A stretch of 43,540 bases of DNA from a virus, in the IMG/VR virus record IMGVR_UViG_3300009433_000003. One strand, given 5' to 3'. The notes beneath the pieces were generated by a model. That model ran no database searches. It saw nothing but the letters and a program-made list of their open reading frames with translations, and was not told the DNA's origin. Made by a program: the position numbers and the translations under genes. This document shows, in pieces, positions 1-7,721 of the stretch (its first letter is position 1; the number at the start of each line of letters is the position of its first letter).

Positions 1-123
1 GGGACGATGATGACAACGACCTGAAGGAAATGAGTGTGCTCGAGAAGGCGACGCGCATGGCGGCACTACTTCGGAAAGGACAACGAGAATTACCAGCGGA
101 GGTGAAAGGTGAGTAAAACAGAA
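1..123. repeat. Terminal direct repeat, copy 1 (3-prime end of terS plus start of next ORF)
   Basis: nt 1-123 (gggacgatgatgacaacgacc...gtgagtaaaacagaa) read identically at 43418-43540. Confidence 0.95.
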
Positions 124-354
124 ATCATTCTTAAGCAGCAAGATGAAATCAAACGACTGCGGGATGCACATCAAGAGATTGTTGGTTTAAACGAGGACGA
201 GTACATTTTGTATGAGGCAATATTAATATCTAGGAAAGCATTGGAGGTGGTGAGTGAGCCACTAATAATTTCAAAGAAAACAAAGAAAGAAGTTGCTGAC
301 TTTCAAAAGAATATACAACCTGTGGATTACTCAGGTGATTATGGAGGTGAATGA
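109..354 (+). CDS. Small hypothetical protein, QQDEIKRLR mini-gene family member 1
   Basis: 81-aa ORF. GTG start overlaps the terS stop (GTGAGTAA) just after SD GGAGGTGA (98-105). KQQDEIKRLR motif is shared with 557..748 and 745..969. Confidence 0.5.
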   Translation: MSKTEIILKQQDEIKRLRDAHQEIVGLNEDEYILYEAILISRKALEVVSEPLIISKKTKKEVADFQKNIQPVDYSGDYGGE

Positions 355-560
355 TGAGATTTAAACTATCAGCACCACGATTCTGGACAGAAACATATGA
401 TGAACAGTGGAAGCGCCTTAATCTCCGAGAGTATCAGCCTTGGTTTGCTTGGTATCCTGTCAAAGCAGAAGATGAATATTATTATTGGCTCACAACTGTT
501 GAACGAAAAAGCATAGGCAAGACTGACCCGTGGGTATATAGAGCATTGGAGGTGAAGTGA
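351..560 (+). CDS. Small hypothetical protein (Trp/Tyr-rich)
   Basis: 69-aa ORF. ATG overlaps the upstream stop (ATGATGA). SD GGAGGTGA at 343-350. Ends ...RALEVK, encoded by the conserved junction motif. Confidence 0.45.
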   Translation: MMRFKLSAPRFWTETYDEQWKRLNLREYQPWFAWYPVKAEDEYYYWLTTVERKSIGKTDPWVYRALEVK

Positions 561-748
561 TGAAACAGACCAATGAAGAAAGAAAACAATTATGTTTGAA
601 GCAACAAGATGAAATCAAACGACTGCGAGAGGTAATTGCCGTCAACTGCGACCCATCTGATGCAACGCTAGAGGATAAAGAAATAATAGCTGAGTGTCAC
701 AAACTTACTTTTCCTGATAACTATAAAAGCATTGGAGGGGAGGAATGA
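557..748 (+). CDS. Small hypothetical protein, QQDEIKRLR family member 2
   Basis: 63-aa ORF. GTG 557 or ATG 560 overlaps the upstream stop (GTGATGA). SD GGAGGTGA at 548-555. Contains KQQDEIKRLRE. Confidence 0.5.
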   Translation: MMKQTNEERKQLCLKQQDEIKRLREVIAVNCDPSDATLEDKEIIAECHKLTFPDNYKSIGGEE

Positions 749-969
749 GTGTTTATTATTGCCAAGAGCATAAGAGAGACTTTAAGCCTGATGAGTGTAT
801 TTCATGCGAAATATCCAAAGACTTGTTAGATAAAGATGATGAAATCAAACGACTGCGAGAGATAGAAAAGGCAGCGAGAGTTTTTGTTACTGAGTCATAC
901 CGACCAAGTTCTATAAGTGGAGATGCTGCGCGATTTGATAAGTTGATAAAAGCATTGGAGGTGAAGTGA
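745..969 (+). CDS. Small hypothetical protein, DEIKRLR family member 3 with N-terminal Cys cluster
   Basis: 74-aa ORF. ATGA overlap with the upstream stop. Contains C-x12-C-x2-C and DKDDEIKRLRE. Ends KALEVK. Confidence 0.5.
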   Translation: MSVYYCQEHKRDFKPDECISCEISKDLLDKDDEIKRLREIEKAARVFVTESYRPSSISGDAARFDKLIKALEVK

Positions 970-993
970 TGAGTGAGATTATAGAAAAGAACG

Positions 994-1167
994 ATGATTG
1001 AGCAGTTAGGATTGCTGAACGATGGACATGCGGATGGAGTTTATACAATTCAGTCCATGCCAGATCCAATTCCATACCCTGAATTTATTATGAAGTGGAT
1101 AGTGCCTAATTACTCGCCTGACAATATTCGGGAGTTTGTTGAGGATGAAGGTTTCAATGGATCTTAA
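994..1167 (+). CDS. Small hypothetical protein (57 aa), paralogue of 34861..35010
   Basis: Hand-translated ORF below the track cut-off: MIEQLGLLNDGHADGVYTIQSMPDPIPYPEFIMKWIVPNYSPDNIREFVEDEGFNGS. Its C-terminus aligns with FLFEWVVPTYGPEQTRELIELEGYNGC of the minus-strand ORF next to xis. Confidence 0.45.
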   Translation: MIEQLGLLNDGHADGVYTIQSMPDPIPYPEFIMKWIVPNYSPDNIREFVEDEGFNGS

Positions 1168-1265
1168 TTGGAGGTGAGTAATGGGCTACCCAGACAATAA
1201 TAATTACCAACTAATACTAATCAACCTGTCTTGGGGATTTAGCTTTGTTTGGGTGGAGGTGAGTG

Positions 1266-1436
1266 ATGCTTAAAATATTTAGATTGAGGGTGGCAATGAT
1301 AAACGGGTGGGCTGACGCGCCTCACGCATGGCGCCATCACCTGACCAAATTCCCAAGAATAGAAACACAGCCACGGCCCTACGGCGTGACCAGTCTGTAC
1401 TTGTTCGGCTTGGTCATTTATTGGTGGCTATCATGA
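1266..1436 (+). CDS. Small hypothetical protein (56 aa), hydrophobic C-terminus
   Basis: Hand-translated. SD GGAGGTGA at 1255-1262. Stop overlaps the next ATG (ATGA). Below the track cut-off. Confidence 0.3.
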   Translation: MLKIFRLRVAMINGWADAPHAWRHHLTKFPRIETQPRPYGVTSLYLFGLVIYWWLS

Positions 1437-1576
1437 AAACAATATGCGACGACTGTGGTTGTGAGTTCAATAGCCCAGATGAAGGGACCATATCAAGCCC
1501 AGACGAAGGATGTTCGTGGAACCTTATCTACCGATGTGATATCTGCACGATAGCAGCGGGGGACGAAATCCCGTGA
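1433..1576 (+). CDS. Small Cys-rich (zinc-ribbon-like) protein, 47 aa
   Basis: MKTICDDCGCEF...YRCDICTIA has CxxC..CxxC pairs. Internal ATG of track ORF 1328..1576, chosen because of the ATGA coupling to the upstream ORF. Confidence 0.4.
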   Translation: MKTICDDCGCEFNSPDEGTISSPDEGCSWNLIYRCDICTIAAGDEIP

Positions 1577-1634
1577 TGATCAACTGGAGATTATTCGGCT
1601 TTACATATTCGCCGCCACCACCATTGCCACCAGA

Positions 1635-1847
1635 ATGCTGAAGGTCACGACAAAAGAGTTCGCGGCCTTAACCGGGCGCTCCATGTCCGGGGCGCTGAGC
1701 TACTTGCAACAACACAACATCGGCAAGGCAACAAAGAAAATCACGGTCAAGACAGCGTACAACGATTTTGGCCACAGGAAGATAGACACTACAGTCTGGT
1801 CAATGCCAGAAGGGGAACATGATGGAAGGGACAGAGGTAAGCAATAG
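1635..1847 (+). CDS. Hypothetical protein (possible HTH)
   Basis: 70-aa ORF in the co-oriented gene string. The segment FAALTGRSMSGALSYLQQ resembles a helix-turn-helix. Confidence 0.4.
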   Translation: MLKVTTKEFAALTGRSMSGALSYLQQHNIGKATKKITVKTAYNDFGHRKIDTTVWSMPEGEHDGRDRGKQ

Positions 1848-2067
1848 AATAATTGAGGCGGTTATCGAGTCGATGGGGCTCAGCGCTAAGATGGTCAGCT
1901 TTGAAACTCAACATAAACACGCACTGGCAGCGCACCACGCCTCTCTGGTCTGCCTGCATGAGACATTGGTCGACGACGGGCTGCACGAAATGGCGCAATG
2001 GATTGAAGAGCAGATCGAAGGACTGGACGTGAAGGGCTTTGATTTTGACAACAGCTCAGACAGATGA
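1819..2067 (+). CDS. Hypothetical acidic protein
   Basis: 82-aa ORF. ATGA overlap with the terL start. Confidence 0.45.
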   Translation: MMEGTEVSNRIIEAVIESMGLSAKMVSFETQHKHALAAHHASLVCLHETLVDDGLHEMAQWIEEQIEGLDVKGFDFDNSSDR

Positions 2068-3584
2068 GCCTCGACGTCACGGCGCTCCGGGACCTGTATG
2101 AGTCGCTCGATAACACTGAGCAAGCCGAGCTTGATAAGCTAATCAATTCTGAAGAGGTGCCATGGGTGCCTCTCCCGGGACCACAGGAAAATGCGTATTA
2201 CTCAACGGCCGATATCATTGGCTACGGTGGTGCGGCGGGTGGCGGCAAGACCGACCTCGCGTGTGGCATGGCACTGACCAAGCACACGAAGTCAGCCATC
2301 TTCAGACGAGAAGCGACACAGCTCACAGGTATCCTCGACCGCTTTACTGAGATACTTGGCAACCGTGACGGTTACAACGGACAAGAAAAAGTCTGGCGCC
2401 TCAAGGGTGGCAAGCAGCTCGAGTTCGGCTCTACGCCTCACGCTGGCGACGAGGCCAAGCACCAAGGTAGGCCGAAGGACTTTCTCGTCCTCGATGAGAC
2501 GGCCAACTTCCTCGAGAGTCAAGCCCGGTTCTTGATGGGCTGGGCGCGGACCACCATCCCCGGGCAGAAGGTTACCGTCTTGATGACGTTCAACCCACCG
2601 ACCGGCGCTGATGGTGAATGGATTATAAACTTCTTCGGGCCATGGCTTGACGACAGGCACCCGAACCCAGCGCTCCCCGGTGAGCTTCGCTGGTTCACCA
2701 GCATTGATGGCAAGGACGTCGAGGTCGATGACCCCGAGGCTGGCATGAAGGACCCACGAACAGGCGAGGACTTGGTCATCCTGTCACGCACGTTCATCCC
2801 CTCAAGAATACGAGACAACCCATTCCTAACCGAGACCGGGTACACCGGCGTACTTCAATCGTTGCCTGAGCCTCTCAGGTCTCAAATGCTGTACGGAGAT
2901 TTTAAGGCGGGAATGGAAGACGATATATGGCAGGTCATTCCAACGGCGTGGGTACAGGCAGCTCAGGACCGCTGGGAACCAAGAGAGCAGAAAGGACCTA
3001 TGGAAGGCATGGGCGTCGACGTCGCTCGAGGTGGCCGGGACGAGACCACTATCGGCAGGCGTCATGGTAACTGGTTCGATGAAATCATTCGGTTCCCCGG
3101 GACATCAACGCCCGACGGTCCCAGTGTCGCAGGTCAGGTGGTCACAGCAAGACGAGACGATTGCCCTGCCCACATCGATATCATTGGGCCCGGCGCCAGT
3201 GTCTATGACTTCCTCAAGGACGGCGGCTGTCATGCTGTCGCTGTGAACAGTTCGGTCGGCACCCAAGAGGTCGACCAGTCCCACAAGATGAGGTTTTTTA
3301 ATTACCGCACTCAGATATGGTGGCGGCTTCGTGAAGAGCTGGACCCAGCCAACGACACCGGCATAGCCTTGCCCCCGGGCAGCAAGCTACGCGCTGACCT
3401 CTGCACTCCGCTCTGGTCGTATCGCTCTGGCGGCGTGCTCAAGGTGGAGCTCAAGGAAGAGACTAAGAAACGACTCGGCCGTTCACCTGATGAAGGCGAC
3501 TGCATTGTGTACACCAACATCCGAACCGCAAGGCGCAAAGGAGGCCGGGGCAGCAACGAGCCTTACTTCGTAACTCACCACTGA
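2064..3584 (+). CDS. terL: Terminase large subunit
   Basis: 506 aa. Walker A GYGGAAGGGKTD and Walker B-like FLVLDET. Its size and its position upstream of the portal fit. Confidence 0.9.
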   Translation: MSLDVTALRDLYESLDNTEQAELDKLINSEEVPWVPLPGPQENAYYSTADIIGYGGAAGGGKTDLACGMALTKHTKSAIFRREATQLTGILDRFTEILGNRDGYNGQEKVWRLKGGKQLEFGSTPHAGDEAKHQGRPKDFLVLDETANFLESQARFLMGWARTTIPGQKVTVLMTFNPPTGADGEWIINFFGPWLDDRHPNPALPGELRWFTSIDGKDVEVDDPEAGMKDPRTGEDLVILSRTFIPSRIRDNPFLTETGYTGVLQSLPEPLRSQMLYGDFKAGMEDDIWQVIPTAWVQAAQDRWEPREQKGPMEGMGVDVARGGRDETTIGRRHGNWFDEIIRFPGTSTPDGPSVAGQVVTARRDDCPAHIDIIGPGASVYDFLKDGGCHAVAVNSSVGTQEVDQSHKMRFFNYRTQIWWRLREELDPANDTGIALPPGSKLRADLCTPLWSYRSGGVLKVELKEETKKRLGRSPDEGDCIVYTNIRTARRKGGRGSNEPYFVTHH

Positions 3585-3587
3585 TAC

Positions 3588-3611
3588 AAGCGGCGAAGTC
3601 GCCGACCGGCC
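3588..3611 (+). promoter_or_regulatory. Conserved intergenic element, copy 1 (AGCGGCGAAGTCGCYGA..CGGCCA)
   Basis: 15-nt core AGCGGCGAAGTCGC(C/T) is also present at 24651-24678. Both copies start within 5 nt of the stop codon of a large gene. Confidence 0.5.
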
Positions 3612-3648
3612 AGCATAGTTGAGTTTTATAAACTCGAGGAAAAAATCT

Positions 3649-3879
3649 ATGTGCGGATTCGGCGGAAGCGCTCCAGCCATGCAGATGCCGGCGCCAGTCG
3701 CGGCATTAAGGGTCGAAGACCTTGCCCCACTACCATCCAAGGTAGACCCGGCAGTGACAAACAAAAAAGAAGCCCTACGCAAGAGAGCAATAGCAGCGAA
3801 AGGTATGAGCTCGACCATACTGACAGGCCCTCAAGGCTTGATGGAAGAGCAGAAAAAGAAAGGCACGTTGATCGCTTAA
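3649..3879 (+). CDS. Small virion-associated protein, T7 gp6.7-like (Met-Cys N-terminus)
   Basis: Internal ATG of track ORF 3619..3879 with GAGGA upstream. Begins MCGFGGSAP..., as T7 gp6.7 begins MCFSPK (from memory). Has C-terminal STILTGPQGL. Confidence 0.45.
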   Translation: MCGFGGSAPAMQMPAPVAALRVEDLAPLPSKVDPAVTNKKEALRKRAIAAKGMSSTILTGPQGLMEEQKKKGTLIA

Positions 3880-3880
3880 C

Positions 3881-4318
3881 GTGATAACCACCGAACAAAT
3901 ATTCTTAGACGCAGACAATGCAAGCGCAGAAACAGACTGGGCCCACATTGAGCCAATGCTCCACAAGGCCTGCACGCTTAAAGACTTCACTCAGACATGC
4001 ACAACCGATGATATTCGTAAGTCCATTGAGACTGAGCACTCGGAATGCTACCTGTTCACAGAGCACGATGGCGTCAAGGTTGCGGGTGAAATGGTGATGG
4101 TTGTGTGCGTTATGACGTACCCACAGACCACTATGATGGAGATAGGCTTCGCCGCTGGCAGCAACGCGACCAAGCTGTTCCAGCACGCCTTCAATAAAGC
4201 AAAAGAACGCGGCCGATATTACGGCTGTGACTATGTTCGCGTGTTTGGCCGCAAAGGCTGGCTCAAAGTAATTGAAGACAAGAAGGTATCAACCACAATT
4301 TGGGATGTAAAACTATGA
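3881..4318 (+). CDS. Hypothetical protein (possible GNAT-like fold)
   Basis: 145-aa ORF with a GTG start. Tight packing between neighbouring genes. No firm motif. Confidence 0.45.
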   Translation: MITTEQIFLDADNASAETDWAHIEPMLHKACTLKDFTQTCTTDDIRKSIETEHSECYLFTEHDGVKVAGEMVMVVCVMTYPQTTMMEIGFAAGSNATKLFQHAFNKAKERGRYYGCDYVRVFGRKGWLKVIEDKKVSTTIWDVKL

Positions 4319-5016
4319 ATTTTTCAGGTCAGAGCACACAGAAGCAGAACCCACACCGCAAGAAAAAACCTGCGGCAGGACCCAACGCGACCAAAGGCGG
4401 CGCTGACGCCGGCTCTATTGCTGACATGCAAAAAAAGATACAGGAGCTGACTTGGGACCGAGACAATAACGCTGGCCAAAGTGTTCACTTGGGCGGCCAA
4501 CAGGCTGACATGCTGAACCAACAAATCGCAGCGATGAACGACAAGATCAACAGTCGGCAAGTGAGCACCGAGGCGACTCGATTAATGAACCTGTACGGCG
4601 GCAGCATTAACAGCTGGATAACGCCCAGCCAAAGCCGACGCGGGAAACCGAATTACGCCCAAGGTATTTCACTAAACGACGCGGCTCGCTCTTACCAAGA
4701 GAATGAAAAGGTCACCGCCAAGAACAAACTGGTCGGTGAGCAGAATGCAAGGAACCGAGCAGGCAACGAAGCAACGACACAGAACCGAAACCGGCGCCAA
4801 GGCACAGGTCGCGGCGTAACCGGGAACTCAAGGTCTGACGTAAGCAGGCGCCAAGGTGGCAGCAACGGTCGCGGCGGAGACAGCAATGAGAGCAGCTCAG
4901 CCAGCAGCAATTCAGGCACACTGAACACGTCTAATAAAGGCATTTTACTGACAGGCCCGGGCGGACTATTAAAAGGCGGGGCCAAGCGTCGCGTTAAGAC
5001 TCTACTGGGGCAATAA
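4315..5016 (+). CDS. Basic, low-complexity (G/N/R/S-rich) protein, probable virion or injected protein
   Basis: ATG 4315 overlaps the upstream stop (ATGA). 233 aa and disordered-looking. Its C-terminal ILLTGPGGLL echoes STILTGPQGL of 3649..3879. Confidence 0.5.
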   Translation: MNFSGQSTQKQNPHRKKKPAAGPNATKGGADAGSIADMQKKIQELTWDRDNNAGQSVHLGGQQADMLNQQIAAMNDKINSRQVSTEATRLMNLYGGSINSWITPSQSRRGKPNYAQGISLNDAARSYQENEKVTAKNKLVGEQNARNRAGNEATTQNRNRRQGTGRGVTGNSRSDVSRRQGGSNGRGGDSNESSSASSNSGTLNTSNKGILLTGPGGLLKGGAKRRVKTLLGQ

Positions 5017-5019
5017 ACT

Positions 5020-6693
5020 ATGTCACTACGAACTCACTTAGACACACGAGCGGCTGGGATGGGCATCGAGTATGACCGCTATAAGCAACAGTATAGCGAG
5101 CTCTCCGAGTTCATCTTGCCTTGGCGCGGAAGGTTCACGCCTGATGACGTCAACCGAGGCGCTAAGAAAGGAAGCAAGATTATAAACAACCACGCCACAC
5201 TGGCAGCCAGAACACAGGCAGCTGGAATGATGTCGGGCATTACTTCCCCGGCTCGGCCATGGTTCCAGCTGATTACCCCAGACCCGGAGCTCAATGTTCA
5301 GAAGGAGGTTCGAGTCTGGCTCTCTGACGTCCAGACGATATTGCTGCAAATATTCGGACGCTCAAACATATACAACGCATTGCACAACACTTATGCCGAG
5401 ATAGGAACCTTCGGGACCTCGGCCATGATAGTGCTCGAAGACTGGGACTCAGTCATGCGAGCGCACTCATTCACCGTGGGCGAGTACCGACTGGCCACGA
5501 GCGACAAAAATATCGTCGACACCCTGTACCGGGAGCAACACATCACGGTTAAGCAGGCCGTCGACCAGTTCGGGAAGAAAGTCTCCAAGACAACTCAAGG
5601 CCTGTATGACAAAGGCCAATATGATTCTCGCATCACAATCTGTCACATGATTGAGCCGAACAGTGATGGTAAGTCGGCGCAATACGAAGAGATCAAACAG
5701 GACTTTGCTTTCCGCTCTATCTACTACGAGAAAGGCACCGACGCTGAGCAATATCTGAAAGTCTCTGGCTTTGAAGAGCAAGCGCTTATCGCCCCACGCT
5801 GGGAGTCAATCGGTGGCGACACCTACAGCTCGAAGTGTCCCGGGAAGGAATGCCTTGACGACATCAAAGAGCTTCAATTCATCGAGAAGCAAAAGAAGAA
5901 AGCAATTGAGAAAATGGTCGACCCACCAATGGTCGGGCCTGAGTCCTTAAAGAACAGCCCGAGCAACACACTGGCTGGAGGCGTGACCTTTGTCGACGCT
6001 GCCAATCAAGACGCAGGCTTTCGTCCCGCTTACCAAGTTCAATATCGTGTCGCGGAAGCGCTCGAGGACATCCGTAAGGTTGAGGACCGTATCAGTAAAA
6101 CGTACTACGAAGATTTATTCATGATGCTGGCCAACAGTGACCGGCGTCAAATTACCGCGAGAGAAGTGGAGGAGCGGCATGAAGAGAAATTGCTGGGCCT
6201 TGGTCCTGTGCTTGAGCGTCTTAATGATGAGTTACTCGACCCACTCATCGACCGTGCGTTCGGCATTGCTCAACGCGCTGAAATTCTACCCCCTCCCCCT
6301 GAGCAGCTCCAAGACATGGACTTGCGGGTTGAGTATATATCCATCATGGCACAGGCGCAGAAGGCTATCGGCGTCGCGGGGATTGAGGACACGATAAATT
6401 TTGCATCGATGGTCGCGCAAGTGGACCCCGAAGCATTGCGCCGGGTGAACCTCTCCAAAGCAATCGAAGTTTATGCAGGCATGAAGGGCATCGACCCGAA
6501 ACTGCTACGCGACGACAAGGAGCTCGAGAAGGAGGCTGCCGAAGCCAAGCAAGAGGCTGCAATGCAGAGCCTTATGGAGCAAGCACCGGCAATGGCTGGA
6601 GCAGCTCAAGACCTTGGTAACACACCTGTCGAGGGCGGCGGCTCTGCTTTGGACGCAATGCTACCCGGCGGACCACAGGCTGAAATGATATGA
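5020..6693 (+). CDS. Portal (head-to-tail connector) protein, T7 gp8-type
   Basis: 557 aa, located immediately before the scaffold and capsid genes. The N-terminal region resembles podovirus connector proteins. Confidence 0.8.
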   Translation: MSLRTHLDTRAAGMGIEYDRYKQQYSELSEFILPWRGRFTPDDVNRGAKKGSKIINNHATLAARTQAAGMMSGITSPARPWFQLITPDPELNVQKEVRVWLSDVQTILLQIFGRSNIYNALHNTYAEIGTFGTSAMIVLEDWDSVMRAHSFTVGEYRLATSDKNIVDTLYREQHITVKQAVDQFGKKVSKTTQGLYDKGQYDSRITICHMIEPNSDGKSAQYEEIKQDFAFRSIYYEKGTDAEQYLKVSGFEEQALIAPRWESIGGDTYSSKCPGKECLDDIKELQFIEKQKKKAIEKMVDPPMVGPESLKNSPSNTLAGGVTFVDAANQDAGFRPAYQVQYRVAEALEDIRKVEDRISKTYYEDLFMMLANSDRRQITAREVEERHEEKLLGLGPVLERLNDELLDPLIDRAFGIAQRAEILPPPPEQLQDMDLRVEYISIMAQAQKAIGVAGIEDTINFASMVAQVDPEALRRVNLSKAIEVYAGMKGIDPKLLRDDKELEKEAAEAKQEAAMQSLMEQAPAMAGAAQDLGNTPVEGGGSALDAMLPGGPQAEMI

Positions 6694-7007
6694 GCGCAAC
6701 AAACGAAGACGAACCCTATAACAGCGCAGACGAGGAGCACGTCAAGAAGGCGGAGCTCAAGGCTAAGCATGATATAAGCGGCGAAGTAAAGGACTTTAAA
6801 GAAATAATGGGCACAGCTTTAGGACGACGTTTTGTGTGGAGCTTATTGGGCAAGTGTGGAATTTACCATACGAGCTTTACGGGCAACAGCAAGACGTTCT
6901 TTAACGAAGGACAGCGAAACGTGGGTCTGACCTACATGAACATGGTCAATCGTTACTGCCTAAAAGAGTACCTATTAATGGTAAAAGAAAATCAACCCGA
7001 GGGGTAA
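6690..7007 (+). CDS. Hypothetical protein, Bbp19-like (BPP-1 group) by recollection
   Basis: 105 aa. ATGA overlap with the portal stop. The motif GRRFVWSLL...FNEGQRNVGL resembles the Bbp19 family found between portal and scaffold. Confidence 0.45.
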   Translation: MSATNEDEPYNSADEEHVKKAELKAKHDISGEVKDFKEIMGTALGRRFVWSLLGKCGIYHTSFTGNSKTFFNEGQRNVGLTYMNMVNRYCLKEYLLMVKENQPEG

Positions 7008-7013
7008 TTTGGA

Positions 7014-7703
7014 ATGGACGAAGCTGTAGCCACACAGACTGACACCGGCACAGGTGCAGATTCAGGTATTCCAGCCACTGATGTTGAGAACGTGGAGCAG
7101 ACCGCTGCCGCTGAAGGAACTGAGACCGAGACCGCACAAGCGGACACGACTGAAGGGACCGAAGCAACAGCAGAAGGCGAAGCAACTGAAAGCAAGGCAG
7201 AAGGAGAAGGGGACGCGGCAGGCTTTACGGCCGAAGCGCTCAACTTTCCAGAGTCTTTTAATGTCGACGAGGGGAATCTTAATCTGTTCACCGAAGTCGC
7301 CACGAAGCATGACCTCACACCCGAGGCAGCTCAGGACCTAGCGGATTTATTCGTCAGTGTCTCAGAGGGCCAGAGTCAAGGGGTCATGGACGCATATCAG
7401 GCTCAAGTACAAGGCTGGGCAGAAGCAACAGAGAAGGACGCAGAACTAGGCGGGAAGGGTGAGGTTTTTGACCAGAAACTCTCAACGGCTAAGAAGGCGC
7501 TGGATATGTTTGCCTCTGATGAACTCAAGAATATTTTAAATGCGTATGACGCTGAGACTAATCCCCAAGGTATGGGCTTAGGAAACAATCCAGAGGTTAT
7601 CCGTCTTTTTTATAGGCTTGGTAAAAATGTTGGAGAAGATGGGCTCGTCCTCGGGGATACCGTCAACTCTGAACAAGACCGAGAATCAATTTTATATAAT
7701 TAG
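7014..7703 (+). CDS. Scaffolding protein
   Basis: 229 aa. Strongly acidic E/T/A-rich N-terminus and a helical remainder. Sits between the portal and the major capsid gene. Confidence 0.65.
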   Translation: MDEAVATQTDTGTGADSGIPATDVENVEQTAAAEGTETETAQADTTEGTEATAEGEATESKAEGEGDAAGFTAEALNFPESFNVDEGNLNLFTEVATKHDLTPEAAQDLADLFVSVSEGQSQGVMDAYQAQVQGWAEATEKDAELGGKGEVFDQKLSTAKKALDMFASDELKNILNAYDAETNPQGMGLGNNPEVIRLFYRLGKNVGEDGLVLGDTVNSEQDRESILYN

Positions 7704-7721
7704 TCAACTGGAGGAATCACC

